DNA of 64,000 nucleotides from Spongospora subterranea f. sp. subterranea (Eukaryota). A program made the position numbers and the translations under genes. Of this stretch, positions 38,501-50,058 are shown piece by piece. The notes below the pieces were generated by a model that was not told the DNA's origin, searched no databases, and worked only from the letters and a program-made list of their open reading frames with translations. The DNA is taken from assembly GCA_049724395.1 (NCBI GenBank), contig JAUGWO010000023.1, positions 62,001 through 126,000 on the forward strand. Direction: 5' to 3'. Numbering within the stretch: the first letter of the stretch is position 1; each line of letters starts with the position of its first letter.

Positions 38501-41500
38501 GGAAAGGACAAATTCAAATCGAATTTCAACACATCGACGTAATACTATTTGTCGATAGCTAAGCGTTGACGATATGGACCTTAATTGGCGAAACGCTAAC
38601 CGCATTTGCAGCTTTTCCATTAAGCGAGCGATTCGGTGAACCATGTCAGCACACTTAACACGCCGGCGACAGGCACCGGCCCATGCTGTGAGGAAAACAA
38701 GGGCACGTTTCTTTGAAAGATAAATACATGCGTTGTTCAGATTCTGAAGCTGGCCAAATCGTTCACGCCATTTTTCAAAAAACGATATCAACAGCTGGTT
38801 CTGGTTTCGCTCGAAAAAAACGTTAACTCTAACAGTTATTGTTAACTGAGTTGCCAGAGCTTTGCGCCATGTGAGAAAAGAAATTTCAATCACCCGGTAA
38901 GACCTGCAATGGCAGAACTCTTGATATAAGCCCGTTAACGATTTTAGATGCTGGGTCTTGGCAACCCAGAGCTTTACGATTCGAACCTTTAGTTGTCGAT
39001 GATGTTGATGTAAAAAATTATGTGAAAGGTCATCCAATCGCCTGAGGCATTGGTGACATGAATACCATATCTTCCAACTCTCTTTGACACAGCGATTGGC
39101 CTTGTTCAGTGATGTTACGCAGGTGAGCCTTTGCAGATGTATTTGGAAGAACAAATGCTTCACCCATTGTCGAAAGAAAACTTGTAGGTTGATAGTTTTT
39201 CTTCGGCTTTCAAAAAAAGTCAGATGCAATGCATCATCTGAAGTGTTGCGTACGATAACTTGACGGAACTGCTCAAAATTGCGACGGAGACGAAACAAAT
39301 CGGCGCTGCGATTATACTTTTTGGATAATAAGACGTCTTTCCAACAAAGCCATGTCTTCCTATATTTGTTGAAAATTGTACAGCTAGCGATCAGTTTTCC
39401 TTTTCGATCGACTACATCGAACTCTGAAAGAGAGGATCGTAACACCCCTGCGTAATCGCATACGTCTACATTGATCATCAGCATCTCCCTTCATGCGAAT
39501 TCGTAACTTGGATAGGGCAACGGCATTGCGGAACAATGCTAGCCCTTTAACCAAGGCGCTCCTTATTCTGTAATCTCTTGCCACCCTGAGCGCATGCTCT
39601 TGATTCTAAGAATTCAGACCTGTTCATAAAGTCACCGAAATGATTCGTCACCATACCTTTCGACGGATTGTGAACTGATTCCAAAGCATAAGCGAATGAA
39701 CAAGTTTGCGAAAGTAGATATCCTTGACGGCAGTTTCAATAAGAACTCCAAGTTGCTGACGCTTCTGTGATTCAAATCTCCAGCGATCCATTACTTTCAA
39801 CACAAGCTTTTGTCGGCGAAATGAATCAGAAATACCCTCGGCATTAGCACACCAATGTCTGATTCTCAAAGAGGAAATCCACAGTCGAAGGGAATTTCGC
39901 AAGCATGCAGTATCGTGAACTTGCTTGGCAAAATCCAGTTGCAGCTGCCTATTCCCGATAGATATAAATTCTGCTCTCCACTTTGAAAAATGTTGAAATG
40001 CACGCTGTCTGTAGTTTTTTTTGAAAAAAATGCTGGAGATTAACCGTATCCTTACCTATTCAATAGCGTTTGTGAACGCTGCACAGCTCGCCAATTAGCC
40101 CAACTAGAACGAATCATGGCTTTCTGGCGAAGCATGACATATTGCGGCTGAAGACGACGAAACAATGATTCGTAATTGAATAAGGTCTTCCACTTCTATA
40201 AAAGTCCACCAATTGAAACAGACTTTTCACAAGATAGTTTTTTGTTTACCAAAAATGAGTTGCTTTTGATATAGCACGTGAACCGCTGGAGAAGCTCTTC
40301 TCTTCTGGATTTACGATGGTGATAACAATTTGCAAAAAAATGGATTGAAAAACGTTTTCTTCTGCGCCGATCATGCGACCAACCGCGCCATTCACGAAAT
40401 GTGGTGATAAGCAATGGTTTGAAAGCCAGCCGCATGGTAGCCACACATGGAGCATGCTTTGAAATTTTCCACCTTATTGATATACTCATTCTGATCCTAA
40501 ACAAACTTTTGTTGTGCATCTCTGAAAAAAGTAAATCCTGTAAAACTCCAGTATTGGTGAAAGTTACCTCCAGTGTAAAGTGCTGAATAAATCGAACTTA
40601 AACGCAACCTTTAGCCACAATAGTAAAGCGTTGACAGCTGTACGCGTAAAAATGCAGCTAGCCTGTCGATATTGGCACTGGCGGTGCCAGCGATGCATGA
40701 AAATTACAATGAGGCATCGTCTTGCTTGTTTAACATGAAGGAACAAATTACGCCATTCAGCCCACATCAAAGAAAGTGTTCGAGTCTGTATCTGTCCCTA
40801 TGTCTTGTCAACATTTGCTGCATTCACTGTTTGGGGCAGCCTACCTCATTTTTACGTTCGATAAGGAGAGTTTCTTGAAGCGCTGTTCTCCAATTTCTCA
40901 GCACAGCAGATAGTGTGACTTGAACAACTCTGATTTGAACCTTCTCGTAAATTGTGCTACAAAATGCCCTACGCTGAACGCGCGTGCGGAGTGCATGAAA
41001 AATTAAACGTGCCCTTTGATTGAGCAAATAAGAGGCAGCGAGCCTATTGTTGTCGGAATGTGCTCGAGAGCCTAGGGCTTTGTATTAGGCAAACACGCAC
41101 TGCAAAAGTGGTTTTTCTTACTATTTGCGAACAATTGCCACTTTCGAAGAGCGAATTGGATTGAGTGAAATTCAAAATGTTCGACAGCGCGAGCGATGAA
41201 GGCGCGCTGACGAATCAGAGAAACCCTGCCCTCAATTGTAACTCTAAAGACTTTTTACTTTTGTGAAACGAGTTTTTAAATACGAAGCCATACTTTCTCC
41301 AGGCGGAAAACGTGCCTTCACGCAAAGAATGATCGCAACGAAGAGCAAGATCGTATATACTTTCTTCACTCCGCGACTTAGGGTTGGGATCGTTTCCAGG
41401 AGGATTATCATCGCTAAGGACGTGATAATGGATGGTCGCATCTCGATGTTTGCGGTCTGTGCTCACCGTAGCTGCATTTGATGGACAGGATTCGTCGATA

Positions 41501-41734
41501 AAGCTTTCCAGCAATTTCCTATACGACTCCTCTGAGCAATATGCTAGTTGCCCACCTTCAAGAACAATACTGATAGTATGTGAGATCCGCGTCAGTTCGT
41601 AGGCCATGCCGAGGGAGTACTACTTCATATGCGTCTAACACGTCAAGTATGGTCATGCTGCATCCTTCTCGTTGGACTGCCGCCACCTGAAAAATCTCTT
41701 GGACAATCCTCGCATTGGCACCGTTTTCTCCCAT
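35535..41734 (-). CDS. SFI1: Large Sfi1-like centrin-binding repeat protein
   Basis: Dozens of Arg/Lys-rich helical repeats ending in F-x-x-W (FFRQW, FFEKW, SFLTW, TFRIW, FRAW); the N-terminal AYEVVL..HGL...D..YY resembles Sfi1 N-termini. Confidence 0.75.
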
Positions 41735-41900
41735 GATGCTACCTCATGGGACGACTACACCTGTTTTATTATGACGAATAATCGTGTAATCTCAGGGTTC
41801 GATGAAGAAATTTGGCGACGAAACGCAAACAGGGTGCGCAGCCTCCACCTTAGTCAGCCAAGCCATAACATGAACTTTGATTAGATCTGGCGTATACGAT

Positions 41901-42266
41901 TTATTTGGTGCCGCTTTCGTAAATACATATGGCATTAGATAGGTCGCCCGTATGAGTGATCGATACGAACGCTGTGATATTAGAGCCGATGGCAGAGATC
42001 ATAGGCGGTCCACGCTCGGTGCGCTTTGATTGGACCAGTTGTAGACGAAACGGTAGTGACCACCCGATAGCTTTAACAGCGGCTTCTTTTGCCGCCCAGC
42101 GGCCGGCCACGAATTCGGCTTGGCGGTCTGGAGACTGAATTCTGGAGAATTGTTCCAGTTCATTCTTATGTAAAACCCTCTTCAAAAACCGGATTCCTCT
42201 CCTTTCAATGACGGTTTTGACCCGCGATATTTGACAAAGGTCAACACCGATTCCTCGAATCGCCAT
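41901..42266 (-). CDS. acpS: AcpS-type 4'-phosphopantetheinyl transferase (holo-ACP synthase)
   Basis: GIGVDL, AGRWAAKEAAVKA, VSITH; intronless, ~121 aa. Confidence 0.93.
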   Translation of the reverse strand: MAIRGIGVDLCQISRVKTVIERRGIRFLKRVLHKNELEQFSRIQSPDRQAEFVAGRWAAKEAAVKAIGWSLPFRLQLVQSKRTERGPPMISAIGSNITAFVSITHTGDLSNAICIYESGTK

Positions 42267-42577
42267 GTCCGTAGTAAAATGGCGCACACCAATCTCTCAA
42301 TTTACGCAAGTAACAGAGCGGCCCAAGTTTATTATCAAGCTGCATGTAAATCAACGGTCAGATGAGCTGAGTCTCACAAAGCCAACGTTCGTTATTTCCA
42401 CTGGTGGTGAAACTTAAACATCGATGAAATCACAGAGGTGACCGTTAGCGAAACTAGGTAACTGCCTGCTGCAGTAGACTGAGAAGAGATTTGGTTTAGC
42501 CGTCGTCAAGTTTGGGATATCAGGCATAACCTCTTTGCAACCGATATTTAGTGTAATTTATTGGTATTCCATAGGCG

Positions 42578-43262
42578 ATGCCAGGGGCCACATTTGTCAC
42601 GATTGATCTGTCCGCAACATCGTCTGGAAATCCAGGAGGCCAGCAGAAATATACTGACTGCTATGGCAGAGATTTCCCGTCGTCGTCCTTGTCCAAGGCC
42701 AAAAATAAAGAATGTGATGGTTTAGAAAGCATGGAAGTAGAAGATGGCAGCTTAGGACGCGATTCCGATTCGTATCAGTTGAATAGCATGCGAGACAAGC
42801 CGAAGAATTTAGCGGCGAACATGTTTAATGCAGAAACCTATTCGAACGACAAGATCGCCGATGGTTAGTTTGCATTGACTAGCTAAAAGACGACGTTTAA
42901 TGATTCGTGCAGGCATTGTAAAAGCTCGAGATGAGAACAACAAGCAGGAGTTTTGTGAAAAAACAAGCGCCCACAATGATAACAAGTCAGCATGGTCCAA
43001 AGACAAACTTATTGATGCGAAGAGCAACTATGGGTCTTTGGCGCGTTTTAGTGGTTTTGTGGTAAGAAGCCCAGGAACGTTGCCAACGATGTTAAGTACG
43101 GAAAGCGCATCCTGTGATTCTCCAGCGAGCGCATCGACGTTGATATCCCCCCAAAAACAACCCCGTTCCAGCTCCAACTTATCGAAGATTCTTCTTTCGG
43201 GATTTATCGTATGCTTCATCTGTGCCGTGTTCTTCTTCACGGTGCATATGCGAGTTGACTAG
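42578..43262 (+). CDS. Unknown tail-anchored membrane protein (2 exons)
   Basis: Two ORFs joined by a GT..AG intron near 42865-42912; C-terminal ILLSGFIVCFICAVFFFTV. Confidence 0.55.
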
Positions 43263-43525
43263 GCAAGCGAAAAATGTTGTCCATAAAATAGTCAATGCAG
43301 CGTTATCGCACCTCGTCGTCTTGTGAGCCATACAGACCTGGATCAATAATAATTGACGATCTTGAATCAGGTCAGCACATCTTAAGTCCAGGGGTACTCT
43401 ATGTGGTAACCTCAGCGGGTCCCGCGAATTTATCTGCGCACATTTGTCACTCAGTATCACATATTGCGAATGCTGCATTATAACTACTGGGTACACCACC
43501 CTAAAAATCATATTAATAGTCGATC

Positions 43526-46342
43526 ATGCAATTTCCGTTCCCATTCGCAGAACCGTATGATTGCCAAATTGAGTTCATGACAGCTCTGTATGAGGCATTG
43601 GAAGCTGGGCGGCACGGCATCTTCGAATCCCCAACGGGCACAGGGAAATCACTGTCGATCATTTGCGCTGCGTTGCACTGGCTGCAAAACCAGGAGAAGA
43701 AGCAGTCCGGCGACGAGACGCAGGACTGGGTAAAGGATTTCGCTGATAAGCAACGGCAGGAAGAATACCAGCTAGTGGAAGAAAAACGGAAAAGAATCGT
43801 TAAAAAGGCAGAACAAAGTAGAGCCAAGTTTGTTAAAAGGCGACTTGATCGTTCAGTAAACTCGGATGACTCCGAGTTGATCGTTGATTTTGAAGTAGAA
43901 ACAAGAGAAAAAAGTGTCGAAGAATGGATCAATTGTTTGAAGGATAGCGACAGTGACGACGATCATGATCAGACTGACCGCGAACATGTAAACGATGTTT
44001 TATCATCAGGTTCTGCGTGATGTAAATCTAACACTTTACTAGCCAATTCAGGTTATCTATGCGACCAGAACCCAGTAAGGTTCATCACAGGTTTTTGATG
44101 AAGCTGATTGTTGGCTATTTTCGCAGCTCACAAATACGCCAATTCATGCATGAATTCATCAAGACCCCATTTTATAGTCAATGCTCATGTGTCCCTCTTT
44201 CTTCTCGAGCACATCTATGCGTCCATGACACCATACGTTTTCTTAAACCTTCGTTGATTAATGATGCTTGTTTGGATATGATATCAACCACTGCTTCGAA
44301 AGGGGCAAAAAAATCGGTAAGAAAACTCTGCTATTATGTTCTAAGTTCCTCCTAACCTCAGTTGTCAGCGCTGCGAATTCCTAACGCCGTCTTTACAAAA
44401 AATTATGGCTGCATATTCTCTTCAACATCCCTCTGACTTAGAAGATATACAGAAGAAAGGAGTTGATCTTCGGGCGTGCTCGTATTTCGGGTCTCGTTTG
44501 GCTGCTCAAACAGCTCAGCTTCTAGTGGTGCCATATTCGGCCATTCTTAGTGACACTATTCGAAAGTCGCTTGGCCTCAATTTGAAGGGCAATGTAGTTA
44601 TCGTCGACGAGGTGTCTAATATCCATATATTTATCATTTTCAACCGTAAATGTTTCTGACATGTATGCAGGCCCATAATTTGGTAGAAGCGGTTAATGAT
44701 CTTTACAGTGCATCACTGTCATTAGCTAACGCAACCAAAGTTCGTGACGCTCTCGAAAAGTATTTGGCCAAATATCAGTCTCGTCTGAAGCTTTCAAATA
44801 CTATTCAGCTGAAGCGGACTATTTTTGTCGTGCAAGCTCTGGTTCGTTTCTTAGAACAGTTGAGTGTGGTATTGATAGTTCTGATTACGACTTACCTTAT
44901 TTCTGCAGACTAAATCCATCGAATCCTGATCGAATAATGAGCGTGAATGACTTTACTTTTGAAATCCAAATTGATAACCAGAATTTATGGGAAATTTCTA
45001 CGTGGATTGAAGGATGTAGTCTCGTAAAAAAGCTTGTCGGCTTCTTCGAAAAGTTCATGAAAAACGAAGAGTCCGTTGATAAGCCCATGGAGTCGCTAAT
45101 CAACTTCAAGGCGTTTTTCATTGCGCTAACCAACTCCGATCAAGATGGCCGCATTGTAAGTCGAAGATCGATGCTTCGATCTCCTCAGGTGGTTCTAATT
45201 CTTCAGCCTCATCAGATTGTCAAAGCGGAGACTCCTTCGATTCGTTTCATGCTATTAAATCCCGCTAACGCCTTCAGCAAAATTACAAGTGAAGCACGAT
45301 GCGTTATTTTAGCTGGTGGCACAATGCAGCCGTATCAGTTTTATTCGCAGCAACTGTTCCCTGGTTGTCCAGGCAATGTTGGCCTATTTTCCTGCGGCCA
45401 TATCGTACCACCAGCGAATGTATCGGCATTCATAGTGGCCTCCGGACCCACAAAATCGAATTTAACTTTCACTTATTCTCAACGCTCGTTGCAAACAACT
45501 CTTCTTGAACTTGGCCGAACACTAGTGTAAACACAATCTGGTTGGCATCACAAATCCACCTGATAACTGAACGCAGCAACCTTGTTTCTATCGCTCCTGA
45601 TGGCATAGTATGCTTTTTCCCATCGTACGCCTATGAAGCAGAGGTGGTTTTGTCACTGCAGGAAAACGGATTTCTTGACCGAATTCGCGCACGAAAAGTG
45701 GTTTTTCGTGAACCTCGAGAATCCTCTGATGTTCAAAGTACGCTTGATGAATACACACTAAGGATTCACAGCAAATCAGGGAAAGGTGCGCACCGCCTTT
45801 TCTAGAGAAGCAGATTCTTACCTTGAGTGCCTAGGTGCAATCTTGTTCTGTGTTGTCGGGGGAAAAATGTCGGAAGGAATTAATTTTTCAGATGAACTCG
45901 CTCGAGTATGTTTGCCTAGTCTCTCAGTATCGTTCGTCTGATTTTTTTGGTTTTTTTAGTTGGTAGTAGTTGTTGGAATGCCTTACGCCAACCCAAATGA
46001 ATTTGAACTGCAAGAAAGGATGCGCTATATGGATGCCACCCACGGTCAAGGTTCCGGTGAGCAATATTTCGAGACGTTATGCATGAGAGCGGTCAATCAG
46101 GTATTGTCAGCTTAACACATTCTGTCTAAAACCCAGGTCTGATGTGGCGTAAGAGTATCGGCCGGGCCATACGTCATCGCGCTGATTATGCTGCTATTAT
46201 TCTGCTGGATGAGCGCTATCGCCGTCCACGGGTTCGACAGCAAATCCCCAGTTGGCTTCGAAATCGGATCGCAGAACCGGCTAGCTTTGGCGAAGCGTAT
46301 GGGGCCTTGGCAAAGTTTTATCGGTCTCACAAGGAATCGTAA
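43526..46342 (+). CDS. DDX11: DDX11/Chl1 Fe-S DNA helicase
   Basis: [93 protein letters not shown]. Confidence 0.96.
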
Positions 46343-46413
46343 CTTTACACAGCGTCAAGACCAACCCATTTTTACGGTTAATGGGAAGGTAGTACGTTTT
46401 GAATTCGCAGCCT

Positions 46414-48203
46414 TTATCGGATTTGAGTCTTTATCGACATTGACAGCCGTACACGCCGTCGGAGACCCGACATCTCGATCGCTTTCTTAATATCATCTGT
46501 GGAAATTCAGCTTTTATCGTCTGTTATTGTAATGCCAAGCGCCGAATATATTCACCAACCAATCCATAAATCACAATCGTCCATACTCTTTGCCGCTACC
46601 TTAATGGACTTGCTGGGGCTCCGCAGCTCAAATGAGTTCTCTGGCAGTTTTTTTACTGTTAATCCGGCGATAGGAATGATGCGCTTCAAGGCGACGGGCG
46701 ACGTTTCCGTTTTCGGCTGTCCGTACAGGAAAAGCTGACAACAAAATGAATGGTATTGTGTTCAACGCATTCATATAACCTTACGTCGTCACAAAGAACA
46801 CAAACCAGTAGCCGCATTTTGTTTCCAAATATCCTTCCTGGCACGAACTATTCCACTGTTAAATAGGCGTCTTCAACCTATTGCAGGCGAGAACCTTCCA
46901 AAGCACTCCAGATCGAATTAAGAATCGAGTCCCATTATGTATGGCGATTCTTCCTTGGAACCAGTTGTTCTGGACCTGTTTCAGTGCCTGTACGCCGGAA
47001 TAGGATCTGATGGCGGTGATTTCCTGGGCTAGCGACGCCATTGTCGCCAGCGCGGTCGTCAGGTTATCGCTCGGCGTCACGTCCAGGGCCCGGTGCAGTT
47101 TCATTAGCCGGGCGAGACTGACCAACGTTCGTGGGACTTATATCGCCATCATTGTCAGTAAGGGCATCGATCACCATACAACAGGGCAGCCATTACCCCG
47201 ATTCAGCGACGCGAACAACATCGCAGGAAAGTCAAACTTCTTACAGGCGAAAATGTCATTGAACGCTGGCGATTCCTGGGATATCTTCTGAAACGTCGTC
47301 AAGCATTGACCTGAACGCGGCGGAGATCCCAGTCATTTGGGTCACATGGCGCTGTCGATTGGAATGTGGTACCGTGTTGGGCAACGACCTGCCTATACAG
47401 GTCGAACAGTGGCATATAGAGCAGGATCACGGTCGGCATGTTGTCCAGCAGAGCGCCATCTGCTCGGAGCTGCATCACGTGGAAATACATTCCCTGGTCG
47501 AGATGGAACCGCAGCCGTGTGTTGGTGAAGATGGCGCTGATATCGTCGGCGGCGACGACATTTCCAGCGGCCGAGATCGCGTCCATGATGTCAACCTGGG
47601 CAACAGTTCGCCCGTTTTAGTATCGGGGGCAGAGATCGATCGATTTGTGTGATCTGATCGATTACCAGGTCCTTCAGCATTTTCCGATAGAAGCGCTGGA
47701 TCAGCCAGAACTCCTCCACGATATCGTGAGCGCCAACCTCCCAGGTCAGTCGGCTGGCCGGCAACCGCTCCGCATCACGGTTCCCATCCGACGTGAACGC
47801 CATGTCGTTGAGCTCGAGATCGTCGGTCTCCGACGCATAGCCATCGTGGCGATCGCCGTCGACCCCGTCCCGCTTACGATCGGGACCGTCGCCGGAATCG
47901 CGGGGGTTCGGGGCCAAGACCTCCATTAGGGCAACTGCCTGATCCGGGCCGTAATTGCACAACCGCCGTAAATGGATAATGGCCATATCCCCCGTTTAAT
48001 CCAGAATACAAAAGATCGTTCCGGAATGTGCAAAAAAAATCATCGGTCGACACGTTTATTCCGAGCCGATTTCGAGTCGACACCGAATTACTGATCGAGA
48101 TATGAACGCCCTCAACAAACCAGTCGCGAATTATCTTCTCGATTCTCTTGGCAAGTTCCTGTGTGACCCTGGGTTTGGTTCGTAATTCTGTAGAGGTGGG
48201 CAA
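46414..48203 (-). CDS. Divergent DH-PH (RhoGEF-like) protein; start uncertain
   Basis: Spliced - strand exons give IVEEFWLIQRFYRKML, DDISAIFTN, LFDLYRQ, SLNRVPR, RFLIRSGVLWK and NSFELRSPSKSIKVAAKS..DCDLWI (PH C-terminal helix). Confidence 0.65.
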
Positions 48204-48298
48204 TGCGGAGTGGGCGGGTCAGGGTGTTGTCGCCATGTGGTCCAGGTCACGGCGATAATAATTAGGTGTCGCCATCCACTCCTGGTCGTCGTCGAGCC

Positions 48299-48647
48299 AT
48301 GATGTTCGTGTCGCGCTTCCGCCGCTCCTTGTCCAACCTGCCTGGGTCCATACAGGAGCAGATCGCATTGCGGCTGCGTTCATCGCTGAAAGAGCCGGTT
48401 GTTGACGTTGTCGACACATCTGGAGGATGCGGTAAATGGCACAGCCAATCCGATATCAAAAATGTCATCCGAGACCGATTTTTCAGGCACGTTTTTGTCC
48501 GTTCGCGTTGTGTCTAGCGAGTTCGAGGGTATCGGAACAGCCCAGCGTCATCGCGTGATCAACAACCTGATCAAGGAATGGATCCCGTCTATCCATGGTC
48601 TGACGATCACGGCCTTATCCCCTGGCGATCTCAATAAACCCCTATAA
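48299..48647 (+). CDS. BOLA3: Mitochondrial BolA3-like protein (intron 48432-48486)
   Basis: Arg-rich presequence, VDTSGGCG, VVSSEFEG....QRHRVIN, IHGLTI. Confidence 0.9.
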
Positions 48648-48887
48648 ACCGCCCGCCCCAAAAGCCCATCTCTCCATCGACCTTATAGAACGGTCATCGC
48701 CCTTTTCCACATCCTGTGTATTCAAGACCAAACGTCCACCGCTTTTTTTCGAATTCGTCTTCATCACGTTGTCCAGTCTGATCCAGTGCCCAATAATCAG
48801 CGACTGTATTGCCGTAACGTGGCCAGTGGTCATTAGCCGGTAACAGCAGGGCGGTCCAGGTACAGTACATCAGCAACTCGCCCGGCG

Positions 48888-49997
48888 ATGGATCCGCCGT
48901 CGTCGCCGCCCGTCCCCGGCCTCATATTGCCAACGCGTCTAGCGTTCAACACGCCGGCCCGACCTCGTGCGCCGGATGCCGGTCAAGCTGGCCCAGGGAC
49001 GGTGGCTCCCAGATCGTCCAGACGCGTCGTGAATGGTAATCGAACAGGGTTGATCCCAACCAATTATTCCTGAATTGCATGACGCGCCTATTTAGTGAAA
49101 TCGCGATATCTGTCGTCCGTTTCTGTGCCGAAGAAACGTCCTGTTGAGGAGAAAGAGTCGTCGAAGACCCCGTCGTCCAGCAAGACCCCATCCACGATCA
49201 AACGGTCATCGTCGGTCCGCAAAGTCAGGCCGAACACTCCAGGAGCGGGATTGGCGTCGATCAGGAAAATGCGGGTGAACGCGAGGCTGTCGTCGGTTGT
49301 TCCAAAAGAGGAATCCGTTCCTGGAACGGTTGCGGCTGGTCCTATGGTCGGACAGCAACGTCACGATAAGGAAGGTAATAAGGTCACGTCCAGGGCGCAG
49401 CTCATTCGCGCCTCGCAACTGCTCGCCAATGTGATGGCGCAGTGCGCGTTTGCCCGCGCCCTGCTGGCGCAGACGCAGGACCGATCAAGGAGGGCGTTCA
49501 TGGACTGGAGCATGGCGGTTCACGATTCGATATTGTCCAAACATCGCCAAAGGACCAATCTCGCCCTTTACCTCCAACGTCAACAAGTTCATCACGCGAT
49601 CGATAACGTCCTGGATGATCAGAAAGGCGCAGGCAAGCTGAGGGCGCTTCTGAAAACCACATTGCCGAAGCACGCGGCGCTGGTCAACGCTGTCAACGCA
49701 TCGTCCTGTCATTTACCCACGGCCAACCTATACTGGTCGTCCGACGAGGCGCTGCTGGAATCGCTCCAGCGCTGTCAGGCGGTGCTGGGTCGCGTTTTCC
49801 ACAAGACGCACGACGCCGCGGATCGTGTTCGCGCCCTGGAACAGGCGGTCGCCACCATGGCGACCATGATCCGCAAGGAATCGTCGACCATGGCCCACAT
49901 CACAACGTTGCTCTCGAAAATGTCGTCGCTGGAGAACGCCGAGCGTAGTCTGCGCATCCACCTACTGCAAAACCGCCACGCCAATCTCCTCAAGTAA
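48888..49997 (+). CDS. QWRF/augmin subunit 8 (HAUS8)-like protein
   Basis: Basic Ser/Pro-rich N-terminus with VKSRYL, then a helical domain (AQCAFARA; VNASSCHLPT) similar to QWRF/HAUS8; from recall. Confidence 0.5.
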
Positions 49998-50058
49998 AAC
50001 CTAATTATGATTCAAAACACGCGGCGCTCACTCGAACATTATTATTCGCTTTATACTA

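Noticed and set aside
35535..49997. Functional mitotic gene cluster (Sfi1-like, DDX11, HAUS8-like)
   Set aside because: Interspersed with unrelated genes; chance proximity in a compact genome is sufficient.
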